A DNA stretch of 64,000 nt from Octopus vulgaris (taxonomy: Eukaryota): the NCBI GenBank assembly GCA_951406725.2, contig OX597823.1:79794001-79858000 (forward strand). The letters run 5' to 3'. The notes under the pieces are model-generated. The model was not told the origin of the DNA and did no database searches. It saw nothing but the letters and a program-made list of their open reading frames with translations. Position 1 is the first letter of the stretch; every line of letters starts with the position of its first letter. Position numbers and translations under genes: made by a program. Shown here in pieces: positions 37,994 through 51,396 of this stretch.

Positions 37994-38225
37994 AGTATGG
38001 GGGTTTAGTTCGCAGGTGATCTAAACGATTAGGTACACTGTAACAGATTACTAGGGCGCCAAGGTTACAGCCGAGAAGTAGATATGGAGCCATTGCAGAT
38101 TTCCGATGCAGCGGATATATAATTGTTAATAAAAGAGGAAGACAATAAATAATTTTCCAATAATAGTACCATATACGACTTGAGATGTTTACTTTGCCTT
38201 AATGTTTGTTATCCTCTTTAATAAT

Positions 38226-38587
38226 GGAAGCACTCCGTCGGTTACGACGATGAGGGTTCCGGTTGATCCGAATCAACGGAACAGCCTGCTGAGCACTCCA
38301 CAGACACGTGCACCCTTAACGTAGTTCTCGGGGATATTCAGCGTGACACAGAGAGTGACAAGGCCGGCCCCTTGAAATACAGGTTCAACAGAAACAGGAA
38401 GTAAGAGTGAGAGAAAGTTGTGGTGAAAGAGTACAGCAGGGATCACCACCATCCCCTGCCGGAGCCTCGTGGAGCCTTAGGTGTTTTCGCTCAATAAACA
38501 CTCACAACGCCCGGTCTGGGAATCGAAACCGCGATCCTATGACCACGAGTCCGCTGCCCTAACCACTGGGCCATTGCGCCTCCACTG
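38226..38587 (-). mobile_element. SINE family C with a small internal deletion
   Basis: TSD TCCTCTTTAA(T/C)AAT (38212-38225, 38588-38601). Confidence 0.9.
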
Positions 38588-38982
38588 TCCTCTTTAACAA
38601 TCATATATTTATATATATATATGTGAGTGCATGAGTATATGTTCTCATGTTTCTGCTTATACATACATACATACATGATGGCTGTAAACTCCTGTTCGAG
38701 TATTGCCATCGCCTCTTCTAGAATCCCACACATGCGACGGCTACGAACAGCCATTATTGAAATAGGTCTTACTTTGTTTTCAAGCGATGCCCGTGCATGA
38801 GGATTTTTTATAGTGAGGAAGGGATTTGCAAAAATCCAGTCCCACTCTCTGAACATGGACAACATAAACTCGAAAAGAAGAACAAGTCTACATCATCGAA
38901 TATTGTCAGTGTCGCAGGTTTTCTCTCGGAGTTTTCCTTCTCTAGAGAGATGTCGTGACAACAGGGGAGCTTCTCACTCCCA

Positions 38983-39250
38983 TCATCATCATTATTGTTC
39001 GACCGTGGTCGAGACAATGGAATTTACTATGTTACGCCAGACTTCACGGTCCATCATAGCATTACGGAGGTCCTGTTGCTGGATGCCTGTATCCCTGGAG
39101 ATTACATCAGGGTAGGAGAGTGTGCGCCCTCTGGTATTGCGAGTAGATGGCTTCCAGAGGAGAAGAGTAGAAATTACTTCTTTTTCACCTCTACAACAAT
39201 GTCCAGCAAACTGGACTCTCCTACCTTTCACAAGAGATGACACAGGTGGT
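38983..39250 (-). pseudogene. RTE-clade LINE 3' fragment with (ATG)n tail
   Basis: RRVQFAGHCCR..LLLWKP..RGRTLSYPDVI..MMDREVWRNIV. Confidence 0.85.
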
Positions 39251-39406
39251 GGGTTCTGAATGACTGTGTTGATCGCACGCATTTATTGAGCTTTGCATTT
39301 GGCATACATTGTCCTGTATGTGCAAATGCTATAATTGCACTGGCTGAAATGCTGCAGTTGATTAATTATCTTGCTTTTGCTGTGTGGTAAGTATTGACTT
39401 TCGTCT
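39250..39406 (+). repeat. 157-bp local duplication of 40290-40446
   Basis: Identical apart from about two bases near the left end. Confidence 0.95.
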
Positions 39407-39611
39407 CACTCCCACTGGGCCAACCGTGCGCCTGGACACCAACCCAGGTCTTTCCACGTCCCTGCGCATACATACATGCATACATACACATGTAGACATA
39501 TTGTCGGATGGCCGTTGACTACCCATGAGCTCTTACATTCATTCATTCATTCATACATGCATACATACAGACATGCTTACATACAAACTCGCACACTGAA
39601 AAAAAAAAACA

Positions 39612-39759
39612 ATCTATAAGTGGAACAATAAAAATATGTAAGGTTTAAATATGCAATTTTAAAATGTGACTTTGTTTTTGTTATCTAGAATCCTACGACG
39701 GAGCCTTGTATCTTTGTTAGAAACCTACTCCTTCCTCGGGGGAGTAGGTTTCTAACAAA
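39612..39759 (+). mobile_element. R4/Dong-type extreme 3' fragment ending in a perfect hairpin
   Basis: SGTIKIC remnant and GAGCCTTGTATCT.TGTT.GAAACC match 9400-9510; 19-bp inverted repeat 39713-39731 / 39741-39759. Confidence 0.6.
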
Positions 39760-39791
39760 TAACTAAAAACAGGCAATAACGAACATGCATA

Positions 39792-39858
<67 letters not shown>

Positions 39859-39879
39859 TTGTCTGTCTGTCTGTCTGTA

Positions 39880-39914
<35 letters not shown>

Positions 39915-39919
39915 TTATC

Positions 39920-40024
<105 letters not shown>

Positions 40025-40072
40025 AATACACACACACATACAGAGAAAGAGAGAGGGAAACAGGCAGACAGT

Positions 40073-40158
<86 letters not shown>

Positions 40159-40636
40159 TAGATTAAACCACGTGTACCCTCCCACATACTTAGTTTGAAA
40201 GCACAATAATCTTTAACTAAAAAGGCAAGAAATTTCTGATGTAAATACTTAGAATAATGAATGGAAAATCTTCCCTCGCACCCCTTTACTGGGTTCTGAA
40301 TGCTTGTGTTGATCGCACGCATTTATTGAGCTTTGCATTTGGCATACATTGTCCTGTATGTGCAAATGCTATAATTGCACTGGCTGAAATGCTGCAGTTG
40401 ATTAATTATCTTGCTTTTGCTGTGTGGTAAGTATTGACTTTCGTCTATTTGATCTCTGTTGGTCAACATACGACCACAAGCGAGATCAAAGTAACGAAAG
40501 GATCGTATCTGACAGAAAAGTAAAGTGTATGAGCGAAGGCGGTTTAATAATTTAGTTTACGTTTCGCATTCATATGTGACATAATTTATTAAGCTTCGAC
40601 AGGAAGTCGAAATATGTTGCTAGGCTGACAGATGAT

Positions 40637-40827
40637 AGGTGCACGCGTAGCTATGTGGTAAAAAGTTGCTTCCAAACCACATGGTTAAGGGTTCAGTCCC
40701 ACTGCATGGCACCTTGAGCAAGTCTCTTCTATTATAACCCTGGGCTGACCAAAGCCCTGTGAGTAGATCTTGTAGCCGGAAACTGAAAGAAGTCCTTCAT
40801 ATATATTTATATATATGTATAAGCGTA

Positions 40828-40871
<44 letters not shown>

Positions 40872-41065
40872 TTTGTGCTTGTTCCACACTACCGCTTGAT
40901 AAATGATTTTGCTTGTTTCCGACCTCGCAACTCTGGCTCGGAAAAATGATCCGATAGGATAATTTTCCAAGATTAAAATAGACTAAGTACTAGGATCCAA
41001 TTGCTCGACTAAACACTTCAAGGCGATGCCCCAGCATGGCCACTCTCCAATGACAGAAGCAAGTC
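40637..41065 (+). mobile_element. SINE family A, diverged
   Basis: Head, (TG)n interior, CCAGCATGGCC tail. Confidence 0.8.
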
Positions 41066-41092
41066 TCTTATTATATATATATATAGAGAGAG

Positions 41093-41181
<89 letters not shown>

Positions 41182-41419
41182 TGTGTGTGTGTGTGTGTGT
41201 GTGTGCGTAAAATATATAAGGTAGCGAATATTTATAGAAATTTCACTGCCAGTGACCTAGCATGTCTAAAAAGTCAATAGACAACATATTCTCAATATAA
41301 AATATTGTGCATTTAAACACAAGAGAAACTACACTTAACAGGTAATTTTACACGTTAGAAGAAGCAGTAAATACGACCAAAACCACATTTAAGAGCAATT
41401 TTAACAATTTTAGCACAAT

Positions 41420-42370
41420 AGGAGTTCAAGAAATTTCGTAGCGGTGACGAGAGTCTTGATGTTAAGTGCAGTGGTCGGCCATCGAATGTTGACAACGATC
41501 AACTAAGAGCCTTAGTGGGAGCCAATCCACGCACAACTGTTCGAGAGCTTGCTTCTGAATTAGATGTAACGTATACCTTAATTTCCAACCACTTGAAAAA
41601 GATTGGAAAAACAAAAATACTTCAGAAATGGGTGCCGCACGAATTGAACTACAAAAAAAACCCCAAAAAAAAACGCCGTTTTGAAGTGTCACCTTCTCTT
41701 CTTTGACGCAACAAGAACGATCTGTTTCTCGACCGGATTGTGACTTGCGATGAAAAGTGGATTCTTTACGACAACCGGCGACGCTCAGTTCAGTGGTTGG
41801 ACGCCGACGAAGCCAAAGTTGCACCAAAATAAGGTCATGGTGACTGTTTGGTGGTCTACGGCCGGTCTCATCCATCACAGCTTTTTGGATCCTGGCGAAA
41901 CCATTACGGCGGAGAAGTACTGTCAGCAAATGGATGAAATACATAAGAAACTCCGAGAACAGCCGGCATTGGTCAATAGAAAAGGACCAATTCTTCTCCA
42001 CGACAACGCTCGACCGCACGTCGCACAACTGACCCTGCAGAAGCTGAACGATTTGGGCTAAGAAACTGTCTCATCCGCCATACTCACAAGACCTCTCGCC
42101 TACCGACTACCACTTTTTCAAGCATCTAGTCAACTTCCTGCATGAGAAATGCTTGAAAAACCAAGACGATGCCAAATAGGCCTTCAACGACTTCATCGCC
42201 ACCTGAACACAGGATTTTTACGCTACTGGCATAAATAAACTTGTTTCGCTTTGGCAAAAGTGTGTTGATTCTGATGGTGTTTATTTAGATAAATAAAGTC
42301 TTGTTTGAGCCGAGATATGTGTCCCTGAATTTAAAGGTTAAAAACCGCAAGAACTTTCTTGACAATCTAA
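41420..42370 (+). pseudogene. 5'-truncated mariner transposase pseudogene with right TIR
   Basis: WVPHEL, DRIVTCDEKW, LLHDNARPHVA and HPPYSQDLSPTDYHFF motifs across frameshifts; ends AAAAACCGCAAGAACTTTCTTGACAATCTAA|TA. Confidence 0.92.
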
Positions 42371-43329
42371 TAGGATGCACATCCCGCTAAATTGATCATT
42401 CCGTATACTACTGACTTACTTATGCGTGTTCTCATGTGCTTCATGTTGACTTACGAAGATTCAAATAATTATTATGAGGACATAAATGTTTTTTCATGTT
42501 TCCCTACCTTTAGAAATATGCATTATGCGAATCATTAGTGAATATTCGTTAGGTATTTATGTAGTTATATCAATGGTTCTACAATGACATTGAACCCAGA
42601 ACACCCAGAATACCCAGAATCTGCGAAAGCGGAACTGGAATGTTATGTCAAATAAAGAAAGTCAGATAAAAAAGAAATAGAATGCTAGATGTTATTCGTA
42701 CAGTGACAGGCCGCCCCTTAAAAGCGGGGTTTCGCTACGGTATTGGTCCGAAGCTCAGAAAACCAAGAGGTAACCTATGAATTTTTGATGAGGTCCCTTT
42801 CTCTCTCTCTCTAAAAAATCTTATGGAACTCTTAAATTTTGCTTGGGCGACCACCCTTGTAGGATGCGCTGGAAGTAGTCTTCTTTCATCTAACACAATC
42901 TCTCTCTCGAGGGTTCTGTACAGTAGACACTTCTGTCCAATATAACCCAAGGAAAGGATAAAAGGCAACATATACCTTAGTACTAGATTTGTAACAGGTT
43001 TTTTACATTGCAGGGCTCCTGCAATTCCGGGTTTAGGAATCTTAATAAGAGGCTCCTTAGTGTAACATACACTATCTTGAATGTCAACTGAAAGGACGCT
43101 CAGCAAAATAATAATCTCTTTCATTAATATCGAAGCTCCTCAAAAACAAATGTGGATTATAATGATGAACAGGACAAGATCCTTGATACAAGAACATTTC
43201 TAAATACTTCCGGTTTGTGATAAAGTATTTTTGGTGATGATGTTGTTGTTATTGCTGAGCCTCAGAACAAGTCTATCATAAACGGTGCTTGTCATGTCCA
43301 TTCCATCTTTTACTCAAACATAATCTTCC

Positions 43330-43950
43330 TTCTTTTACTTGTTTCAGTCATTGGACTGAGGCCATGCTGGAGCACCGTCTTGAAGGGTTTAGTCGTGCAA
43401 ATCGACCCTACTACTTATTGTCTTAAAGTTTGATATTTATTATATCGGCTGCTTTTGCCGAACCGCTAAATTACGAGGACGTAAATAAACCAATTCCGTT
43501 TGGTGGGTACAAACACAAACAGGAACCGTGATCACGTGATCGACAAGACAATCGGATGTTGTTATACATGGCTTGTCCCAATGCGGTTTCTATCATTTTA
43601 TCTTTAGAATAATGTCACCCCGCTGGGTAGACGAACAGGCCAATATTTCCCTTGACCGGAAGGCTAGTCCATCGCAGGGCCACCCATTAACAGCTGAATG
43701 GACTGGGGCACCATGAAATGAGGTGTCTTTTTCAAGAGTACAACACACAGTGGGTGTGGGAATCGAAACCACGATCTCACGAACGTGAGTGCAACACCCC
43801 TAACCACTAGGCCACGCGCCTTCCTTATGTATATATCGCCTGAGGTTATAGCAGAAGACAAATGCGCAAAGTACCGCGTAGTGAAACTGAACCCAAAACC
43901 AAGTGGTTCCGAAGAGAGCTTCTTAACTACACAACCACCCGTATGCCTAT
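43330..43950 (-). mobile_element. SINE family A copy interrupted by a family F-like SINE (about 43645-43823)
   Basis: Family A tail at 43330-43520 and head at 43840-43950 flank an AGGCGCGTGGCCTAGTGGTTAGG-headed element. Confidence 0.65.
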
Positions 43951-44768
43951 AATGTATTTTGGATTATATCATATAATGTGTCCTTGTCCGTGAGACGGTA
44001 GGGTGTGTGATTCGAAAAAAATTTTGCTGCTATTTCTAGTAGGTCACCGATCACATTGAAGATTGTCTATCCATTCGAAGCTGTTGTAGCTAGTTTCTTA
44101 TTTTCAAATTTTGAAGAATGTCACTCATTAATGTCTCCAATTAATTACTGTGTGCTGTTAAATTAATTATCTTTATATTAAGAATTCCCCCCAAACGTTA
44201 GAAACGAGAGTGCTGACTCTTCAATTTGCGATTTTCGAGATAGAATAATTATTCTACAGACCAATGCCATACTTTCAAATATAAATTGAACTAGGTTAAC
44301 TTCTGTGGAATTGTAGTAGCAGGAGCAGCAGGAGCAGCAACAATACGTGGCAGAAATAAACTATGCTAAAGTTGCAGAAGTTAAGTTGCACCAACATACA
44401 TATAAACAGCAGTAAGCAGATGTTAAACGTAAAGATGCAAGCATGGACTTGCAGTTAAGTTGTTTGTTTTGCAATCACGCGGTTCGGGGTTCGATCACAC
44501 AACGCGGCACCGAGGGTCTTCTTTAACCTGGGACAAACCGATACCTTCTTAATGGAAGTTAGTTGCTGGAATCTGTTGTTGGACGCATTTGTGTGTGTGT
44601 GTGTGTGTATGTGTGTGTGTGTGTGCATATATATATATATAGAGAGAGAGAGGTACACACTCACGTACACACATGGACACGCGCGCACGCACATTTATAT
44701 ATACATAAACATCTAAAGAAAAAAATTCTTTATGAATATGAATGAAATATATACATATATATATATAC

Positions 44769-44824
<56 letters not shown>

Positions 44825-44975
44825 ATCTCTCTCTATATATGTATACACATACGTGAGAGTGTGTGTGGGGGAGGCGTGTATGTGGTTTTAGGCACAGGCC
44901 TGGTTGTGTAGTAAAAAGTTTACTTCCCAAGTGCACGATTCCGGGTTCAATTTCATCTCTCTCTCTCACTCACTC

Positions 44976-45031
<56 letters not shown>

Positions 45032-45598
45032 CACACACACACATATATATATACACACGAAATCTTAATATATATTGAAAATCTATTAACATATAGTGCA
45101 ATAAAATATTGTTGTTATTTAGTCTCAAGTAATCTTTGAGCAGGCCTGTGTTATCAAAGGCATTCTAGCTACGACCTTATATTTGTTAGCATAGTCAAAG
45201 TATCATTCTTGAAAGTCTAGTAATATATTATGCAACTGAATATTGCTGTTGTTGTTTAGTCTCCGATAATCTTTGATGGAATAATACACTTATGATCAAA
45301 GACGTTTCATCTGTGACCGCTCCGTCTTATTTACTGACATGCTTAAGGAAAAATTTTTTTAAAAATCTATTGACATATATTGCAATAGACAGTTGTTGTT
45401 GTTGTTGTTGTTGTTGTTGTTGATTTTGTTGTTGTTGATGTTAGAACTGTGCAAACTTATGATCAAAATCGTGCTATTTAAGATTGTTCCATCTTTTTGT
45501 ATATACAGCACTACATTGTTTAATGAGTCCTTCTTTTATTAAGCGTTAATATGTGATTTGAGGGAATTCAACTGTGTTTTCTTCTAGGTCATCTAGTG

Positions 45599-45850
45599 CA
45601 GTGCTTCTCGACCATTTTAGAAAACCTTTGGACCCCTTTGTCACCTTTTTTACTCGGATGGACCTGCATGGCCATTCGATGCTTAAAGATCCTATTATTT
45701 AAATTGTATAAAAATATTAATATGTCTTATGTATTGTAGAAGTGTAACCAATTTACTGCGCGTAAATTTTAAGAACAAAATTTTATATGAACCCCTCCAA
45801 GGGTCGTACACACTCCCAAAGGTCATATGGACCCCATTTGAGAATCACTA
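45599..45850. mobile_element. hAT (Charlie-like) MITE
   Basis: TIRs CAGTGCTTCTCGA / TTGAGAATCACTA; 8-bp TSD ATCTAGTG / GTCTAGTG. Confidence 0.8.
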
Positions 45851-45869
45851 GTCTAGTGCGTTGAGACTG

Positions 45870-46175
45870 TTGTTGTTTGTTCCTTCTCGAGCTATGCCTG
45901 GCTCATAAGGGCCGATTTCCTGGTTTCTTGGCGTATAGGTTCCCCACCTGGACGGGACGACGGTCCGTCGCAGGTAAGCTGCAAGATGCAGAGGAGAGAG
46001 TGAGAGAAAGTTGTGGCGAAAGAGTCAGCAGAAGTTCGCCATTACCTTCTACAGGAGCCGCGTTGAGCTTAGGTGTTTTCGCTCATAAACACACACATCG
46101 CCCGGTCTGAGATTCGAACCCGCGATCCCTCGAGCGCGAGTCCGCTGCTCTAACCACTAGGCCATGTGCCTCCAC
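45870..46175 (-). mobile_element. SINE family D
   Basis: Homologous to 13596-13907; TSD GTTGAGACTG (45860-45869, 46182-46191). Confidence 0.9.
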
Positions 46176-46814
46176 ATGAGAGTTGAGACTGCAATCGTCT
46201 GTCTCATTTATTGAAATCGTATTGACACGTTGTGGAATTTGTTATGAGAAATCTAAATGGGAGTGTGACATGTGGTAGAACTGTAAAAGTATTGTTGAAG
46301 TATAATATTTGTTGTATGTCAATATTTTGAAATAAAAAATGAGTCTGTGTGGGCGAAACAACGACTAAGCGATGTTCAAGTGAAATCAAAATAACTACAA
46401 ATCTTGTTACACGGTAGAGTAGAACTGTTGTGATATGTAAAGTGAATTAGATTACATTAACACGTTAAACTGGAATTTTAATAAGATGTTGTACATGTAA
46501 TGGTTAACATATGTGAGAAATTATTTTATTGTAGCATATAATAATAGAACCTTTTTTAGTAATATGAAGTATAGTTTACGTTAGCCAGGCTGAATTTTAC
46601 TACCCTGGAGCAAGCCTTGCAGGATTTGTGGTTATATGGCGTCTATACTTTTGCTAGTGTTCTATGAAGTATCCTCTTGCTTATCTTTTGTCAATACTAC
46701 GTATCAACCAGTGTGTCGACAGATTTTTTCTGATTCCCAAATATCGAGCATGAGATTGTCGTTTAATTAAATAAGGAATGAATGAACGTGTATACTTCTT
46801 ATAAAGACAGGGGA

Positions 46815-47075
46815 TGATGTTCGGAGGCTTCTGAAACAATCGTTGCTCCTCGTTACATACGTTACAGTCTCGTACTACAGGGAACTTCTTGTCTGGTTCT
46901 TAGTGCCATCGCCCCACCTTTGTTTTTGTGACCCGAGGGCCCATTTACCTTCCACCCAGTCCCCGAAAATGTGGGCACAGAAAAACTGAAACCTGATAAT
47001 GTGGCCAAAATATTGCAGTATTTGACATCTAACTATGGTCACCAACTTTCGCTCCACTCCCATTACCTCCACTAC
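46815..47075 (-). pseudogene. RTE-clade LINE 3' remnant
   Basis: ILQYFGHIIR..VEGKWALGSQKQRWGD. Confidence 0.65.
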
Positions 47076-47378
47076 TTTAACCTTTCCTCATAATGTATGT
47101 ACGAGCATTGACATGTGCAGGTCGTTCAGTCCCTCGAAAGATTGTTGTATAGTTCTCAGGAGATCCATGAATTTTAGTTCTTTCTGTCTCTACTGAGAGG
47201 CCTAAGTTTGGGAAATATCGATCTGGATGATCACAGCTGTTCAAGGGATTTAATCAACTGGTTCGGAACTAATAAGGAACTAACCTGCAACAACAGCAAA
47301 AAAAAAAAAACATAAAGCGACAGCCAAAATAATAACGTTAAAAGCAACAAAACAGCATCAAAAGCCATAATAACAACA

Positions 47379-48063
47379 CCAATAAGGGAGTTTCTAGACA
47401 TCACTCGATCTGCTGAAAGCAACAGCTAAATATCCCTTAATCAGCGTTGACCTTTTTTTTTAAAAAAAAAGGAATATTAGATAATTTAGGGCTACATACA
47501 CATTCTAATTGAAAATAATTTGGTGTGGAGGAGGATGGCCCACCACAAGGTCCAATAAGGGAGCTTCTAGACAACACTCGATCTGCTGAAAGCAACAGCT
47601 AAATATCCCTTAATCAGCGTTGATTTTAAAAAAATGGAATATTAGATAATTTAGGGCTACATACACATTCTAACTGAAAATAATTTGGTGTGGCGGAGGA
47701 TGGCCCACTACAAGGTCCAGTAAGGGAGCTTCTAGACATCACACGACCTGCTGAAAGCAACAGCTAAATATCCCTTAATCAGCGTTGATTTTTTTTTTAA
47801 AAAGAGGAATATTAGGTAATTTAGGGTTACATACACATTCTAACTCAAAATAATTTGGTGTGGAGGAGGATGGCCCACCACAAGGTCCAGTAAGGAAGCT
47901 TCTAGACATCACTCGATCTGCTGAAAGCAACATTTAAGTATCCTTTAATCAGCGTTGATCTTTTTTTTTAAAAAAAAAGGAATATTAGATAATTTAGGGC
48001 TACATACACATTCTAACTGAAAATAATTTGGTGTGGAGGAGGATGGCCCACCACAAGGTCCAG
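47379..48063. repeat. Tandem repeat, four copies of a unit of about 170 bp
   Basis: Units start at 47379, 47552, 47717 and 47887 and differ mainly in T/A run length. Confidence 0.95.
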
Positions 48064-48520
48064 ACTTTGTTGCTTGTAGGCGTTAATGACCCTGAGAGTT
48101 GTACCAGTGGAGTGCAAGTTTGCAAGTTCTTGTTTGGGCCTCTCATGCTGGACAGGTCAAAGGATAAAAGAGAGATTTAATTATGGACGAACTCTTCTCA
48201 AGTAGAAAAATGGTTTTGCGTAGAACCTATACCACCTCATGAGAAAAAAGTAAAGTTATAGAAGCTACGACCACATTGTAAAACAAACAAGACATGCGTG
48301 GAGAAAGCCTTCATTCAGAGAGTGCCCTAATCTGGAACCCACAAAGAAGATGGGAAAGAGGACGCCCTAAAGGTAACTGGAAACGGGATATTGAGGCAGA
48401 GCTGAAAAGGTAGGGATAGAGAATTGGAGAGAAGCGGGAAAGGCAATGCAGCAGTTGAAAACTCTAGGGGAAATTCGAAGATGGTTTATGGCACAAGGGG
48501 AACGAAAGGGCTTAAGTGTG
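48028..48520 (+). mobile_element. Bipartite non-autonomous RTE derivative (5'-UTR-like part fused to the ORF C-terminus)
   Basis: AATGACCCTGAGAG..CATGCTGGACAGGTCAAAGG resembles RTE 5' UTRs; followed by ALIWNPQRRWERGRPKGNWKRDIEAEL. Confidence 0.55.
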
Positions 48521-48648
48521 TTATGTGGAGAGGAACGGAAAGCAGTTGATCATAGGTTTAGTCGATTATGGTTGAATTGGGAGATGAAAAATAGCAATAG
48601 TAACAGAAGAAACAGCAGCAGCAGCAACAGCAACATTTAGGAGGATGA

Positions 48649-49254
48649 AGGCGGCGAGCTGGCAGAATCGTTAGCACGCCGGACGAAATGCTTAGCGGTA
48701 TTTCGTTTGCCGCTACGTTCTGAGTTCAAATTCCGCCGAGGTCGACTTTGCCTTTCATCCTTTCGGGGTCGATTAAATAAGTACCAGTTACGCACTGGGG
48801 TCGATATAATCGACTTAATCCGTTTGTCTGTCCTTGTTTGTCTTCTCTGCGTTTAGCCCCTTGTCGGTAGTACAGAAATAGGTATTTCGTTTGCCGCTAC
48901 GTTCTGAGTTCAAATTCCGCCGAGGTCGACTTTGCCTTTCTTCCTTTCGGGGTCAATAAATTAAGTACCAGTTGCGTACTGGGGTCGATGTAATCGACTT
49001 AATCCGTGTGTCTGTCCTTGTTTGTCCCCTCTGTGCGAAGCCCCTTGTGGGCAGTAAAGAAATAAGAAACGTTAGCCCGCCGGGCGAAAGGTATTTCGTT
49101 TGTCTTTACTTTCTGAGTTCAAATTCCGCCGAGGTTGACTTTGCCTTTCATCCTTTCGGGGTCAATAATTTAAGTACGAGTTACGGACTGGGGTCGATAT
49201 AATCAACTGGCCCCCTCTCCCAGAATTTCGGGCCTTGTGCCTAGAATAGAAAAG
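48649..49254 (+). mobile_element. SINE family B trimer inserted as one unit
   Basis: 17-bp TSD AACATTTAGG(A/G)GGATGA (48632-48648, 49255-49271) encloses three units. Confidence 0.9.
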
Positions 49255-49432
49255 AACATTTAGGGGGATGATTTCGAACAAGAGATCCTAAGTTCAAGAA
49301 TTTAGAAGTGCCAAATATGTGAATGGTGAGGTGTTGAGATTAATTTATCGTTTACAACTTCTAGTTTCTGTTTTCTTCATTTAATAGTTCACGTCTTCAT
49401 TTATTTATTTATTTATTTGTCTATAAATTATG

Positions 49433-49489
<57 letters not shown>

Positions 49490-49639
49490 ATTTGAAATGA
49501 AATCGCAGGTAGTTATTTTGCAATAGACAGGAAGCTCACAAACTAAAATTAACAACATAAATAAAACCACAAAACTAATATTTCATATTCTAAACACCCA
49601 CACAAACACCCACACATAAATACACACAGGCACGTCCCC

Positions 49640-49702
<63 letters not shown>

Positions 49703-49845
49703 ACATATATATATATATATGTACATACATTCGTGCATTCATGCACATACAAACATTCCTATTCTTATGCTTACGCATATTCATTTAGATACTTACAAAC
49801 ATATATGTGTGTACGTGTATGTACATGTGCGCGTGTATTTGTGTG

Positions 49846-49878
<33 letters not shown>

Positions 49879-50282
49879 TTTGGCCGCTACTCGATAAACA
49901 TAAACAACCACATTCCTTAGATATATGAGGTGCAAATCATAAATGTCCAATAGAGAGAGTCTGCAGTCCATAGGATAGAAGCAACGGAAAACCCGTTATT
50001 CGCAACAGGTTGTAAATTATACATACATACATACAAACATACATACATACATACATGCACACACACATGCACGTGCATACATACGTATATGAAATGATGA
50101 AGTTGATGAGGATATATGGTGGTTGAAATAAAACTGAAGCTTTTTCGGAATTTCAAAATCTCGATCAAGAATGTACAGCTTGCCGAAAACAGAATAATCT
50201 TGCACGCGCGCACACACACACACACACACCCATATATACGTATGTAGGTATTCATATATACATTATATATATATATATATTT

Positions 50283-50316
<34 letters not shown>

Positions 50317-50347
50317 TTATAAATCAGGTACGTCTTTCATATATGAA

Positions 50348-50715
50348 AGGCGCAGGAGTGGGATGTGTCATAAATAGCTTGCTTACCAACCACATGGTTC
50401 CGGGTTCATTCCCACTGCGTGGCATTTTGGGCAAGTCTCTTCTACTATAGCCTCGGGCCGACCAAGGCCTTGTGAGTAGATTTGGTAGACGGAAAAGGAA
50501 AGAAGCTTGTCGTATTTGTGTGTGTGTGTGTGTGTTTGTCCCCCCAAACATCGCTTCACAAACGATGCTGGTGTGTTTACGCCCTCGTAACGTAGCGTTT
50601 CGCCTAAGGGACCGATAGAATAAGTACTAGGCTTACAATTTGCTCGACTGAAGGCGGTGCTCCAGCATGGCTGCAGTCAATTGACTGAAATAAGTAAAAG
50701 AATAAAATAATAAAA
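50348..50715 (+). mobile_element. SINE family A
   Basis: AGGCGCAGGAGTGG head, AAGTAAAAGAATAAAA tail. Confidence 0.85.
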
Positions 50716-50836
50716 GAATATATGGAATATACATTTATATATATATATTGTGACTCCGAAGATTAGGCCAACTGAGCCATCGTTCGATGATGGCTTCTTA
50801 CTACACAGCCACACCTGCGCCTATATATATATATAG

Positions 50837-50893
<57 letters not shown>

Positions 50894-51192
50894 TATGTAC
50901 ATGACTGTGTGTATGCATGTATGCATGCATGTATGTATGTATGTATGTATGTATGTATGTATGTATTATGTATGTATGTATGTATGTATGTATGTATGTA
51001 TGTATGTATGTATGTATGTATGTATGTATGTGTGTGTGTGTGTATGTGTATACTAGAAGATGCATGATGAGACTAAACACGAGATGCAACTTATATCCTT
51101 TATTTCGTATGTTTTACCATTGTGGTTATTTCTATCCTCTTGCAGAAAACAGAACTAGATTCTGAGCCACAGATGCACACAAGCACGCGCGC

Positions 51193-51248
<56 letters not shown>

Positions 51249-51365
51249 ACATACACACACACATGTTCACATGTATACTAATGCAGATAAGCATACATAT
51301 ACGTACAACCATATATATATATATATATATATATGGTTATACGTATATATATATATATATGAAAG

Positions 51366-51396
<31 letters not shown>

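Noticed and set aside
40258-40430. Short hydrophobic frame VLNACVDRTHLLSFAFG...AFAVW ending at GTAAGT in the duplicated segment
   Set aside because: No clear acceptor and no recognisable homology; noted only within the RTE capture finding
42735-43124. 129-aa non-repetitive ORF on the minus strand
   Set aside because: No recognisable domain, no convincing splice sites, and it contains a (GA)n run; likely chance
47379-48063. CRISPR-like or retrozyme interpretation of the 170-bp tandem array
   Set aside because: No unique spacers, eukaryotic context, and no CUGANGA/GAAA hammerhead arrangement in the unit
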